From sequence record OR142618.1: a DNA stretch of 64,000 bases; one strand, given 5' to 3'. The notes under the pieces were generated by a model, which worked only from the letters and a program-made list of their open reading frames with translations, was not told the origin of the DNA and did no database searches. The position numbers and the translations under genes are program-made. Positions 20,752-30,649 of this stretch are shown here, piece by piece (the first letter of the stretch is position 1; each line of letters begins with the position of its first letter).

Positions 20752-21105
20752 ATGATCGTCAGCGAGATTATATATTCTATTTTCATAGCTGCATTAATAA
20801 CAGTTATGACTATACTATATATAAGTCTCAGAATAATAACATGTAAGATATTAAATAAGTCATTAAAGATTTCAACTAATGTAATTATATATGGTACCTC
20901 TAATATAGAATATGTATATATTCCTGAAATAAAATATAAATTTCTTTCTTTTAAAATAACACATTCTGGTTTAGTTATGTTTGACAAAGAGTTTGGATTT
21001 AGGACACTAAACGATGCCATAAATGCATTAAATATGTATGTAGACACCGATATTATAAAAATAGTATATAAAAAGGTACCCACATTTTATACTTGGCACG
21101 AATAA
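20752..21105 (+). CDS. membrane protein (possible member 3)
   Basis: One TM segment; GF.TLNDAINAL..Y. Confidence 0.55.
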   Translation: MIVSEIIYSIFIAALITVMTILYISLRIITCKILNKSLKISTNVIIYGTSNIEYVYIPEIKYKFLSFKITHSGLVMFDKEFGFRTLNDAINALNMYVDTDIIKIVYKKVPTFYTWHE

Positions 21106-22601
21106 TGGATAATTTTGATATAGAATTAAAAGAACTCATAAAAAATACAAATCCTAACGCATTAGGAAATGTAGTAAAAAGTAAAAAAGAAATATTTGAG
21201 GAATTAGTTCGTCGAACTAATTCCTTTCTTCGTGACGACGTTTCTGTAACAGAAAGGATTCATATATACTTAAATCCAGCTGATAATGTTTACTGTAAGT
21301 ATGATAACAAACGGACACTAAAGCGAAATAAAGATACAAAACAAACCCAATACGGATTTTGCGGAAATAAAAGTAAATGTAAATGTCATATGGAATGGTC
21401 TTTAAAAAATCATCCAGGTATGACACAATCCGGAAAAGAAAGTATGAAAACAAAGAGGATAAAAACTTGGATAGAAAAATACGGTGTCGATAATCCATCT
21501 AAGTCAAAAGATATTATTTCAAAACAGCAATTAAGTAAAAAACATATAAAGCCAGATCATAGAGCTATAAAGGAGTTGGGATATAAAAAAGTAGTAGAAC
21601 GACTTTCTAATATACTCACCCCTACGTTTAGTATAGACGAGTACGAAGGGTGCTTTAGAAAAAATGTGTATGACTGGGTATGCAATGCATGCGGAAATAT
21701 AGTTATCGGACACGTAGATTATGGGTCTACTCCGAGGTGCAATGTTTGTAATCCTATAACAAAGTCTGCCGGCGAGAATGAAATATCTAACTATATAGTA
21801 TCGCTAGGATTTGATGTGATTAACAATGACCGAACTATATTATCTAACAAAGAATTAGATATAGTAATTAAAGGTACAAACATAGCAATAGAATATAATG
21901 GTTGTTATTGGCATTCTACAAAACACAGAAAAAAATCATATCATGTAGATAAATTTATAGAATGCAGAGATAAAGGAATAAAGTTAATACAAATTTTAGA
22001 TGTAGATTGGATATCAAAACAAGACATAATAAAATCAAGGTTAAAATCTATTTTAGGTTGTAGTGATAGAATATATGCAAGGAATACAACTATAAAAGAA
22101 ATAACATTTAACGAATCTTTAACTTTTTTAGAAGAAACTCACATCCAAGGTTCTTGTCAATCATCTGTAAGACTAGGTCTATACGACAATGAGAATTTGT
22201 TAGTAGCCGTAATGACATTTGGGAAATCTAGATATACAAAAGAGGAATATGAGTTACTTAGGTATGCTAGCAAAAATACTGTTGTAGGAGGAGCCAGCAA
22301 ACTTCTTAAATATTTCATAAAAACCTATTCCCCCAAATCTATCATTACATACGCAGACAGGTGCTGGTCAGATGGAAATTTATATAAACAACTTGGGTTT
22401 ACAAATGTAACTAAGAATGACAGAAATACAGGATATTGGTATATAAAAGACAACATAAAATATCATAGATCTAATTTCATAAAATCTAAGATTTCTAATA
22501 AAAATAATTTACATCTAAGCGAATCGGAAATAATGGATAGTTTAGGTTATTTAAAATATTACGATTGCGGCAATTACAAATATACATTGCAGGTACGCTA
22601 G
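21105..22601 (+). mobile_element. free-standing homing endonuclease (Vsr/Hef-like nuclease + GNAT-like domain)
   Basis: KYGVDNPSKS motif, CxxC pairs, KSAGENEI...ELDI....AIEYNGCYWH, HIQG...ELLRY...GGASKLL...YADRCWS...YDCG. Confidence 0.85.
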
Positions 22602-22615
22602 CATAATGTTATACT
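22587..22615 (+). promoter_or_regulatory. sigma70-like promoter overlapping the endonuclease stop
   Basis: TTGCAG-N17-TATACT. Confidence 0.6.
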
Positions 22616-22656
22616 TGTAACGTAACACAAAACATATCATTTTAACGGAGCATTAT

Positions 22657-23841
22657 ATGTCCACTAAAACCCTAGAAGAACGCATCATCCGCGCCCGTGT
22701 TCAGTTGCTGTTGAACCATCCGTTTTTCGGGACCTTGGCGCTGCGCCTTAAACTAGTCGAGGCGAACGACTGGTGCCCTACTGCTGGTACTGATGGACGC
22801 CATCTTTATTATAATACCAAGTTCCTCGAAGACTTGGACGATAAGGAACTTATCTTCCTCATCGGTCATGAGGTAATGCACGTCGTCTACGACCACATGG
22901 GGCGGCGCGGCAGCAGAGAGCCTAAACTGTGGAACTGTGCTGCCGACTTTGTTATCAACCTCGAATTGCACGATATGAAGATCGGCAAGCTTATCCACCG
23001 TCCGGGTACTTGCGAGCCGTGCTTTGATGAAAAGTACCGCGGAATGTCCGCTGACCAGATCTATGAACTAATTAAGAAAGATCCGTCACTAAAAGATAAA
23101 GATAGCTTCGACGTTCACCTCGAACCCGGCGGCGCCGGGAATGAAGACGGCGATGCTTCTGGCAAATCCGGTCCTATCCCTATGTCTGCAGATGAGCAAG
23201 CTGCTCTTCGGGACGAGATCACTGAAGCTGTTCTTCAGGCTGCTAAAGCTGCTGGTGTCGGCAACACTCCGGCAGGTGTGCGTCAGATGATCAGTGACAT
23301 CACTGAACCTAAACTAGATTGGCGCGAATTGCTAAACCAGACTATTCCGTCGCACATTAAATCCGACTATATGTGGACTCGTCCGTCGCGGAAGAGTTGG
23401 GGAACTGGTGCGACTCTGCCGGGTCAGATTGTTGATGACAAAATCGATGTTATCCTGGCACTAGACGCCTCTGGTTCGATTAGCTCTTCTCAGCTAAGGG
23501 ATTTCTTAGGGGAAGTGTTAGGAATTATGGAACAGTTTAGTGACTTTTCCATACAAGTGCTAACGTTTGATACTAGAGTGTATGAATTCCGAAAATATAC
23601 TCCCGACAATGCAGACGAAATCTATGAGTATCCCCTTAAAGGCGGCGGTGGTACCGATTTTGTGGCTGTGTTTAACTTCCTTAAAGATACGCTCACTGAA
23701 CCGCCGCATCAGTTAGTATTCTTCACTGACATGGAAGTGTACGACTACGGCGATCCTAACTATTGCGATACTGTGTTTATAAACCACGGTCGCAAAGGTG
23801 TAACTGCACCGTTTGGCATCACCATCGACTACGACGAATAA
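22657..23841 (+). CDS. metallopeptidase-like + von Willebrand factor A protein (DUF2201-type), partner of the MoxR ATPase
   Basis: TAGTDG, HEVMH zincin motif, MIDAS DASGS, GGGGTDF, FFTD. Confidence 0.88.
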   Translation: MSTKTLEERIIRARVQLLLNHPFFGTLALRLKLVEANDWCPTAGTDGRHLYYNTKFLEDLDDKELIFLIGHEVMHVVYDHMGRRGSREPKLWNCAADFVINLELHDMKIGKLIHRPGTCEPCFDEKYRGMSADQIYELIKKDPSLKDKDSFDVHLEPGGAGNEDGDASGKSGPIPMSADEQAALRDEITEAVLQAAKAAGVGNTPAGVRQMISDITEPKLDWRELLNQTIPSHIKSDYMWTRPSRKSWGTGATLPGQIVDDKIDVILALDASGSISSSQLRDFLGEVLGIMEQFSDFSIQVLTFDTRVYEFRKYTPDNADEIYEYPLKGGGGTDFVAVFNFLKDTLTEPPHQLVFFTDMEVYDYGDPNYCDTVFINHGRKGVTAPFGITIDYDE

Positions 23842-23855
23842 TCGTAGGTTAAAAC

Positions 23856-23883
23856 AAAAAAGGGGCTTATAAGCCCCTTTTTT
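23856..23883. terminator. bidirectional intrinsic terminator
   Basis: aaaaaaggggc-ttataa-gccccttttt. Confidence 0.8.
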
Positions 23884-23888
23884 GTTGA

Positions 23889-24074
23889 CTAGTTTTAACT
23901 ACTTAAAGCGCTGTAGCATAGCTGTACATAAGCGCTAAATTAGCGCAAATTTGCGTGTTTTTATGCGTTACAATACATAGCTAATACTACGCATGCAAAA
24001 CGCGCTATAGCGCAAATTTGCGTGTTTTAAGCACATCTACTATGCTTTTTATTTTGCATTGTATTTAATGCACA
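23889..24074. repeat. GA/TC/GG/CC-depleted tract with a 21-bp direct repeat
   Basis: One TC in ~186 bp; tagcgcaaatttgcgtgtttt at 23941 and 24008; TTGCGT-N17-TATGCT at 24018-24046. Confidence 0.8.
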
Positions 24075-24122
24075 GGGACAGTATTGTATGCTTGTTTGTG
24101 TCATATAAGACAATAAAATGTT

Positions 24123-24365
24123 ATGTTACATTATCTTCCAGTTATACTATTCGTTTATGTTATAGGAAACATATTATCATTGTTTTTATACAATGTAGTA
24201 TCATACAGCACACTATTTCCGTATAGTATGTTACACAAACAAAACCACAAGCAAACTCTGTTTCATAAATTTATAAAAATGTGGTGGTTTTCTTACTTAA
24301 ATGTTATTGTACTCAGTTGTGCTTGCATATATGTAATAGGCAAAAAATATATAAAGAGAATTTGA
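24123..24365 (+). CDS. small membrane protein
   Basis: Two hydrophobic segments. Confidence 0.5.
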   Translation: MLHYLPVILFVYVIGNILSLFLYNVVSYSTLFPYSMLHKQNHKQTLFHKFIKMWWFSYLNVIVLSCACIYVIGKKYIKRI

Positions 24366-24420
24366 AATATTATAAAGATTTTATTAAGATTATGATAAAT
24401 TTAATATAGAACTAATTTAC

Positions 24421-24451
24421 AAAATAAAAGGGCGTTAAGCCCTTTTATTTT
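24421..24451. terminator. bidirectional terminator between convergent genes
   Basis: aaaataaaagggc-gttaa-gcccttttatttt. Confidence 0.8.
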
Positions 24452-24457
24452 AATCAA

Positions 24458-24778
24458 TTATTCTATTTTTGCATGAATAGTACATAGCATATTGTGATAT
24501 GCTTCCTGGTATTCAGATTCTAGTTTAATCATATCTAAGTAGATAAAAATAGCCTCTATTTTGCCTAACTTAGACAACCGTTCATCTTTTTTGCTCTTAA
24601 TTAGATTTCCTATAAACTGTCTGTCAAATTTATTAACAGAACCGTTTTCACAAATAACTTCTACATAATCTACATAAGAAAGATGTAAATCGTCTAAGCT
24701 TATGCTAGGCAGAAATTCTTCTATATCAAACGAAATCCCCTCCTGTTCGGGGAGTTTTTTAAGATAGATTTTGGCCAT
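24458..24778 (-). CDS. conserved hypothetical protein
   Basis: Minus-strand ORF with GGAG RBS, acidic, ends at the terminator. Confidence 0.7.
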   Translation of the reverse strand: MAKIYLKKLPEQEGISFDIEEFLPSISLDDLHLSYVDYVEVICENGSVNKFDRQFIGNLIKSKKDERLSKLGKIEAIFIYLDMIKLESEYQEAYHNMLCTIHAKIE

Positions 24779-24945
24779 ATATGCTACTCCGTTCTATGCA
24801 TATAGATATTTAGCAATTATACAAAAATGCATAGTTTTAATAGCACACACAAACACGATGCAGCGTATTAGTTAGTTTTATTACCAAGCAAAATTGTGCA
24901 TTTTTTGCCCAAAAAAAACAGCCCTAGCTAGGGCTGTTTTGTTAG

Positions 24946-25215
24946 TTAAAGCTTTTCTAAAACAAGTGTTAGCGCATCTTCTCCTATATTAAAGTGTTGT
25001 GTCGCACTAACATGACAAAACTTGCCATATATATCTAATGCAGATATTACAACATCTTCAATAACTTTTTCTATCATTTCACTAGTATCTTTACATCTAC
25101 ATTTTAGTGTAATGTTATCCATAGTTTCTTCAATGGATATAATATTAATGCCCTTTACTTCTAAAGCTTCTTTTATTTCTTGCATTTTACTCCGCGCGAG
25201 TGGAATCGCGCTCAA
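24946..25215 (-). CDS. hypothetical protein
   Basis: Last gene of the minus-strand operon; terminator 24915-24940. Confidence 0.6.
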   Translation of the reverse strand: MSAIPLARSKMQEIKEALEVKGINIISIEETMDNITLKCRCKDTSEMIEKVIEDVVISALDIYGKFCHVSATQHFNIGEDALTLVLEKL

Positions 25216-25927
25216 GTTTTTGAGAAACCTTAAGTTCTAATTCCTCAACGGCCTTAGCTTTGCTTTCTTCTAGTAAAGCTCTAGCCTTTTCTTCTTCTCG
25301 TTTCTGCCTAGCTTCCCTGCGCTTTTCCTTACGTTTTTCTAGGCGCTCTTTGTAACGTTCTTCTAGTTCTTCTTCTGTAAGTTCACGCTGACGACCCGGA
25401 GCTGGTTTTAGTTCAGGACATAAAGAATATGCAAGCTCTAACTTTGCATCAGCCTCTTCTTTAAGCAACCGTGCTTGAACTATAAGACCTTCTGCTCGTT
25501 GTTTATCAGTAATAGATTCTTCAACTACAGGTACTGATGCGGTTTCTGTATGTACAGGGTCGGCACCTGCTAATGCAGCTTCACGTATCTGAGAATTAAT
25601 AAGTTCTAAAGCAACATTAGTACCTGGGTACGGTTGCATAAAAACCTGTCTAACTTCCACTTTGCGTAAAAAAGACCGATCGTGCATTGTACGAAGTGCA
25701 GGCAATCCGTCACCTAAAAGTTTATTATTTAGGACAGTATACAAATCGACAGAATTTTGTCCTTCTCTACTTTCAACTATAGTTTTTAGGTTATCTTGGT
25801 ACATGTCTGGTAGTCTATCTATTTCAACTACTAAACAATGAGTAGGATCATCGGGTAATTCCCGGAACACGACATACACACGTGTTCCGGTATTAGCGAT
25901 TTTCCCTATGTGGCGCTTAAGACTCAT
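25187..25927 (-). CDS. conserved hypothetical protein with charged coiled-coil C-terminus
   Basis: 246 aa ORF with biased codons and an RBS. Confidence 0.8.
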   Translation of the reverse strand: MSLKRHIGKIANTGTRVYVVFRELPDDPTHCLVVEIDRLPDMYQDNLKTIVESREGQNSVDLYTVLNNKLLGDGLPALRTMHDRSFLRKVEVRQVFMQPYPGTNVALELINSQIREAALAGADPVHTETASVPVVEESITDKQRAEGLIVQARLLKEEADAKLELAYSLCPELKPAPGRQRELTEEELEERYKERLEKRKEKRREARQKREEEKARALLEESKAKAVEELELKVSQKLERDSTRAE

Positions 25928-25944
25928 TAGGAAATCTCCGTGTA

Positions 25945-26217
25945 TTATTTGGCTTCAGTTTCAGCTTCTTGCTCTTCTTGTTTAGGTTCAATTGCTGATA
26001 CAAAAGATTTAACTTTACTAAACACACCACCGACGCTGGCCATTTCTTCTGCGCGGAATGCTCCGCGTTGGCATGCAACATCAACTATGGTTAGTAAATC
26101 TTTAATGTCTTGTACACCTAGACGAGGTTCTTCGCTTGCTTGTTCAGTCATATTTTCTTGATCTACAACTTCTTTTTCTACAACTTCTTTTTCTACAGCT
26201 TTAGCTTTCTTAGCCAT
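25945..26217 (-). CDS. conserved small acidic protein
   Basis: IVDVACQRGAFRAEEM motif; GGAG RBS. Confidence 0.75.
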   Translation of the reverse strand: MAKKAKAVEKEVVEKEVVDQENMTEQASEEPRLGVQDIKDLLTIVDVACQRGAFRAEEMASVGGVFSKVKSFVSAIEPKQEEQEAETEAK

Positions 26218-26812
26218 TTAACATTTCTCCGTAATTGTGTGTCGGGCTCGATTCAATTTCTGATATACATTTTTTATCAGTAATAATTATTAAGTTTGAA
26301 TCCCACGGCAAATAAAATTTCCAATCACTATCTCTTATTAAAATAGGTAATTGTTGCCTACGAGAAACAAGTTCATAATAAGTAGGTCTATGTGGCATTT
26401 TAATGGGAATAATATTCTTGTTATCGCCTTTTTTGTTATTACAAACTTTACATGCAGTGCATATATTAGTCCAATTTGTCTTACCACCGTATCTCTTAGG
26501 TAAAACATGATCAAGTGTTAGTTGTTTAACAGGAAACGTTCTAAAACAAAACTGACACTGATAGTTATCCCTTAAATATACGTTGTTTCTGGAAAACTTT
26601 GTTTTATGATTCCATTTAATGTATTCAGTTGACATTACAATAGACGGAACCTTCATAGTAATACTGGGAGAATTAACTTCCCAATTGTCGTAATTTTTTA
26701 AAATTTCGACCTTGCCAAGCGATACTAATTTAATACTAGTTTGCCAGTCTACAACAGATAATGGTAACATGCATAACGGATTACCGTCTTTGTTAAGTAT
26801 CAAAGTATCCAT
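26210..26812 (-). CDS. HNH endonuclease
   Basis: RDNYQCQFC...LTLDHVLPKRYGGKTNWTNICTACKVCNNKKG. Confidence 0.9.
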   Translation of the reverse strand: MDTLILNKDGNPLCMLPLSVVDWQTSIKLVSLGKVEILKNYDNWEVNSPSITMKVPSIVMSTEYIKWNHKTKFSRNNVYLRDNYQCQFCFRTFPVKQLTLDHVLPKRYGGKTNWTNICTACKVCNNKKGDNKNIIPIKMPHRPTYYELVSRRQQLPILIRDSDWKFYLPWDSNLIIITDKKCISEIESSPTHNYGEMLNG

Positions 26813-26839
26813 TTATAAACTACACAGTTATTTATCTTT

Positions 26840-27317
26840 TTATTTCATGTATTTCTTTAATTCTTCCGGAAAACCTTTTAATGTTACAAACACTTGATCT
26901 TCCTGTTTTTCGAAATCAATGTTATAAAAAATTTCATTTTTTGTAGGTTGTATTTCTTCTAAAATAGTATACTTTCCATCACAATTAGAGTCTAGCCATA
27001 CACCTAAGTAAAGCTTAAATACTTCTCCTAACCCGTTAGCAGATCGTTGTACACTAAACCTAGTCATATTAACAAAATCCACTTAATATTCCTGGGTCTA
27101 CATATTGTGAAAAGTATACAGTAGATATACTATCTTGTATTTTTATATACCAAGGGTATTTTATATTGGTACTAATAACTGTAATGAGTTTTTCTACTTC
27201 ATCCTTAGAAATATGAACTACATATTTGTTATAAAGTAAATTAGAATATAGAGTAGTGCCTTTTAATGAATAAAATTCGTCTTCTGTTAATCTATATTCC
27301 CGTGTGACAGAAATCAT
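26840..27317 (-). CDS. two small hypothetical proteins (26840..27082, 27069..27317)
   Basis: Overlapping operonic ORFs; GGAG RBS; GATAAATA at 27341-27348 (-). Confidence 0.6.
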
Positions 27318-27401
27318 ATACGTTTCTCCTTTTATTAAAGTATTTATCTACGTATATATTTCCTAAGAAGGGAAACAACGCCTTCCCTAGCTAGTGTGCA
27401 T

Positions 27402-27430
27402 ATTATATAACAGCATATTACCGTTGTCAA
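27402..27430 (-). promoter_or_regulatory. sigma70-like promoter
   Basis: TTGACA-N17-TATAAT on the minus strand. Confidence 0.8.
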
Positions 27431-27437
27431 TATATTT

Positions 27438-27863
27438 TTAACTAGTCTTTGTCAGAAGGTAAGTATGTTCATTATTGGTATTTTTGTTTGACTGTATTGT
27501 GTAACCATATTGAGTAGCCATTTTTGTTGCGAGTCTGTTGTATAATTTAACTCTAGATGGCTCGGATAGATCGGCAGTAAAATATATTTGGTTAGGTTTT
27601 AATTCAGAAATAGCACGTTTGGTAATATCTAATATAGTAGAAAATACTTTAAATTCATTGCCAGTTCCAGTGACCGCAGCATCATAATAATAATCGTCAG
27701 CATCGACTTCCTTTGCAGTAAACGATATTAATAGTCTTCCATTAACCATAGTTTCTATGACTCTATATTTCATATTACCAACAATAAAATATGCATTAAC
27801 GGTTCCATTAGTGTTGGTATATTGATATTTTTCAATCTGATCAAATAGTTCAAATAAGTGCAT
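27438..27863 (-). CDS. probable internal virion protein
   Basis: N-terminus MHLFELF; GATAAATA upstream (27885-27892); ..TGTGNEFKVFSTI..SRVKLY.. Confidence 0.55.
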   Translation of the reverse strand: MHLFELFDQIEKYQYTNTNGTVNAYFIVGNMKYRVIETMVNGRLLISFTAKEVDADDYYYDAAVTGTGNEFKVFSTILDITKRAISELKPNQIYFTADLSEPSRVKLYNRLATKMATQYGYTIQSNKNTNNEHTYLLTKTS

Positions 27864-27905
27864 AAAAATAGTCCTTAATATGGATATTTATCTTATATAT
27901 AAATT

Positions 27906-27929
27906 AAAAGGGGAATTAAATTCCCCTTT
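27906..27929. terminator. intrinsic terminator
   Basis: aaaagggga-attaaa-ttccccttt. Confidence 0.7.
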
Positions 27930-27933
27930 AGCA

Positions 27934-28680
27934 TTACTTACCTTTTCTTACTAAAATTGACATACAATGTGCTAGTTCGTCATAGTAATTTGGAAATAAT
28001 TGCTTTACTTTTTTATGAAAACTCATAGGCATTGTTTTATTTTTATCTGCTATATGGTAATATTCGGGATCAACTTTCATTAATCTAATAGCATCAGTGC
28101 CAGTTAATTGTATTTTATTCAATAATGTTTCAGTTTCCCTAGATTTAGGCAATTTATTATTACATATTTCAGAAATTACAAGGCAAGGTTTAATGTTATC
28201 TATATTGTTATTTGCTACAAATTCGATAAATTTTGTTCTAAACGAAATTTTAAATAATTGTTCAGGAATAGGTGTATTATATACTATTGAGTTTAAATCT
28301 AAATCTGTTAATATTTTTGCCATACGTTTTATACAGTCTTTAGAATTATAATAAATTACACGATAGTATGGAGTATTATGCCATACTTGTATATACTTCA
28401 TTAACACTTTGGGGTGAATACTAACAATAGTTTTTAACCGCTCGGTTGGAATAACATCACCGAATGTGTGTATATGTCTAGCAACAAACTTGTCTGACAT
28501 TTTAGAAACTAATCTAGTTTTTGCTGCTGTAGATGCATCTACAGCAGCATGATACAGTAGTTCGTCGTCATTAGAATAATTATTCTCTATTAGTTTTACG
28601 ATGTTATGTTTTTTGCAATTATACGTATTTAATAAGATTTCTTTCAAATCTTCTTTTTCTATATAAATTTTATTATTCAT
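27934..28680 (-). CDS. hypothetical alpha-helical protein
   Basis: Third gene of the coupled trio. Confidence 0.7.
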   Translation of the reverse strand: MNNKIYIEKEDLKEILLNTYNCKKHNIVKLIENNYSNDDELLYHAAVDASTAAKTRLVSKMSDKFVARHIHTFGDVIPTERLKTIVSIHPKVLMKYIQVWHNTPYYRVIYYNSKDCIKRMAKILTDLDLNSIVYNTPIPEQLFKISFRTKFIEFVANNNIDNIKPCLVISEICNNKLPKSRETETLLNKIQLTGTDAIRLMKVDPEYYHIADKNKTMPMSFHKKVKQLFPNYYDELAHCMSILVRKGK

Positions 28681-29632
28681 TTGTTTTTCTTTTTCCTTTG
28701 CCTGTAGATAAAATATACATAAAATATTCTTCGTTATTTTTTAATTCGGGATACATCTTAAACATTTCTGACCAACTAGTTTTTGTTAATTTTTCGAGAT
28801 GCTTAGGTACTATAGGCTTAAAGGTTGTCGTATATTTCTTAGCAAATGCTACTAGGTTAGCACCTGTAAACGGAGTGCCGTGTACAAATTCTTTAGAAGA
28901 AAGTTCATCCGATATATCGTTTTCGTTAATTTCAAAAAAGTTAACAATATTGTATACATCAGATTTAGAAATGTACCTATTTTTTATTATATCGTTTTTT
29001 ATTGTATCTAAAGTAAATATTTGCTTAAGATCGTTTACTGTATCTAAAGCATATTTAGGACACAATTTATTAGACTTATTAAAGTCAGATACTGTATGTT
29101 TAATTGCTGGCGGCAAATGGTAATAATACGAAAATGAATTATAAGTAAATACGAGATTTGCCATACTACACAGACGTTTAATATGTTTATCTATTACATT
29201 GGCATATAATTTATCATAATTTTTATATGTTTTTAAATTATGTAAATCAGACACATCTATTTTATTTAAACACAGCATCAATGGAATACAGTCACTGTAC
29301 CTAGCTGCCACATTATTTACAATAGGTTTACTGTTGAATTTAGATTTAAACTCATTAATTATTTTTTCATTAAACAAAATAGAAATGTCTTTTATAAGAA
29401 ATTCATGCAATGCTCTGCATAACCCATCAAACTGTGTACTATTCTTAAATGCATAAAGACTAGTAGATAAACTATCATTGTTAAAAAACGATGATAATGC
29501 ACGGTGTGCATCTGATGAATGCGCTAGCGGTATGTCATATCTAATAGAACTTTCTAATATATATTCTATATCATTTCGTTCTACTGAATTCCAGTCAATT
29601 TGTGATAACATTTGTGATACTGATTTTTTCAT
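28673..29632 (-). CDS. hypothetical alpha-helical protein
   Basis: Overlaps its neighbours by 1-8 nt. Confidence 0.7.
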   Translation of the reverse strand: MKKSVSQMLSQIDWNSVERNDIEYILESSIRYDIPLAHSSDAHRALSSFFNNDSLSTSLYAFKNSTQFDGLCRALHEFLIKDISILFNEKIINEFKSKFNSKPIVNNVAARYSDCIPLMLCLNKIDVSDLHNLKTYKNYDKLYANVIDKHIKRLCSMANLVFTYNSFSYYYHLPPAIKHTVSDFNKSNKLCPKYALDTVNDLKQIFTLDTIKNDIIKNRYISKSDVYNIVNFFEINENDISDELSSKEFVHGTPFTGANLVAFAKKYTTTFKPIVPKHLEKLTKTSWSEMFKMYPELKNNEEYFMYILSTGKGKRKTNE

Positions 29633-30525
29633 TAGTTTCGGGGACCTTTAAGTTTTGCTAGTACATGTTGTTCTGACCCAGACAAATGAGGGAAGATCTT
29701 TATAAGTTTGTTCCAGTACGAATACGGCAAAAAATCGAGATTTATATGATCTAAATATTTTATATAATTACTATGCAACCTATTCCTCGAAAATATAGTC
29801 AATATATGTCGTCCTGCTATATAAGACCAATCTATATTTTTAAGAAATTTAATACAACTGTCAGTAGACATTGTCTGACCATTTGCTTTATGCATATAGA
29901 ATAGCGAAGACATCCTTTCAAAAAGAAACCAGTGATATTGTTTATTTTTAGAAATAGTATCAAACCCTACAAATTTTACATATTCTTCAAAAACAGAATA
30001 TCTTTTACTACAAAAAAAATTAAATACTCTTTTATCTAACAAAACGTTATGTCGTTTTAATTCTTTTAAAATAAGTCTTACTATGTTTAAATCAGGTAAA
30101 GATTGTATGGTACACAATTGCGTTATTATATCTTTAGATAATGCTTTTCTCGGTTTTAAATTCTTTAAAACAACATAAAATAATTTATGACATGTTATAG
30201 GAACTTTCATAGGAAACATTGAATTTGAAAATTTTCCAATACATTGCCTGACAAGATATAAATCTTCTTTACTTATAGATCTGTTATATTCACTAATAGA
30301 AGATGAATAATTACTTGATATAAAGTTTACTAATTTGGGACTTTTAATTTCCATAAGAACATTCAATACAGTAGCATTGAACGGTATATATTCAACATCA
30401 ATAGAATTACAGACTGCAATTAGTGCATCTTTAGCTGAATTATTAGCAATTGTTATTTCTTTATTTTTTCTAAATTTAATGAAATATTCTAATTCACTTA
30501 AAGCTTTAATGTAACTAATATCCAT
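29632..30525 (-). CDS. hypothetical alpha-helical protein
   Basis: First gene after the minus-strand promoter. Confidence 0.7.
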   Translation of the reverse strand: MDISYIKALSELEYFIKFRKNKEITIANNSAKDALIAVCNSIDVEYIPFNATVLNVLMEIKSPKLVNFISSNYSSSISEYNRSISKEDLYLVRQCIGKFSNSMFPMKVPITCHKLFYVVLKNLKPRKALSKDIITQLCTIQSLPDLNIVRLILKELKRHNVLLDKRVFNFFCSKRYSVFEEYVKFVGFDTISKNKQYHWFLFERMSSLFYMHKANGQTMSTDSCIKFLKNIDWSYIAGRHILTIFSRNRLHSNYIKYLDHINLDFLPYSYWNKLIKIFPHLSGSEQHVLAKLKGPRN

Positions 30526-30551
30526 ACATATACCGTAAAAATTTTTACCAT

Positions 30552-30580
30552 ACTATAAAATATGTATATTCAATAGTCAA
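30552..30580 (-). promoter_or_regulatory. sigma70-like promoter (leftward)
   Basis: TTGACT-N17-TATAGT on the minus strand. Confidence 0.7.
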
Positions 30581-30614
30581 CTGTGTTTGGTAACAAAATG
30601 TGGTAATTAGGCAC

Positions 30615-30643
30615 TTGACATTGGTATTGTCTTTTAGTAAACT
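30615..30643 (+). promoter_or_regulatory. sigma70-like promoter (rightward, no ORF downstream)
   Basis: TTGACA-N17-TAAACT. Confidence 0.75.
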
Positions 30644-30649
30644 GTGCGC

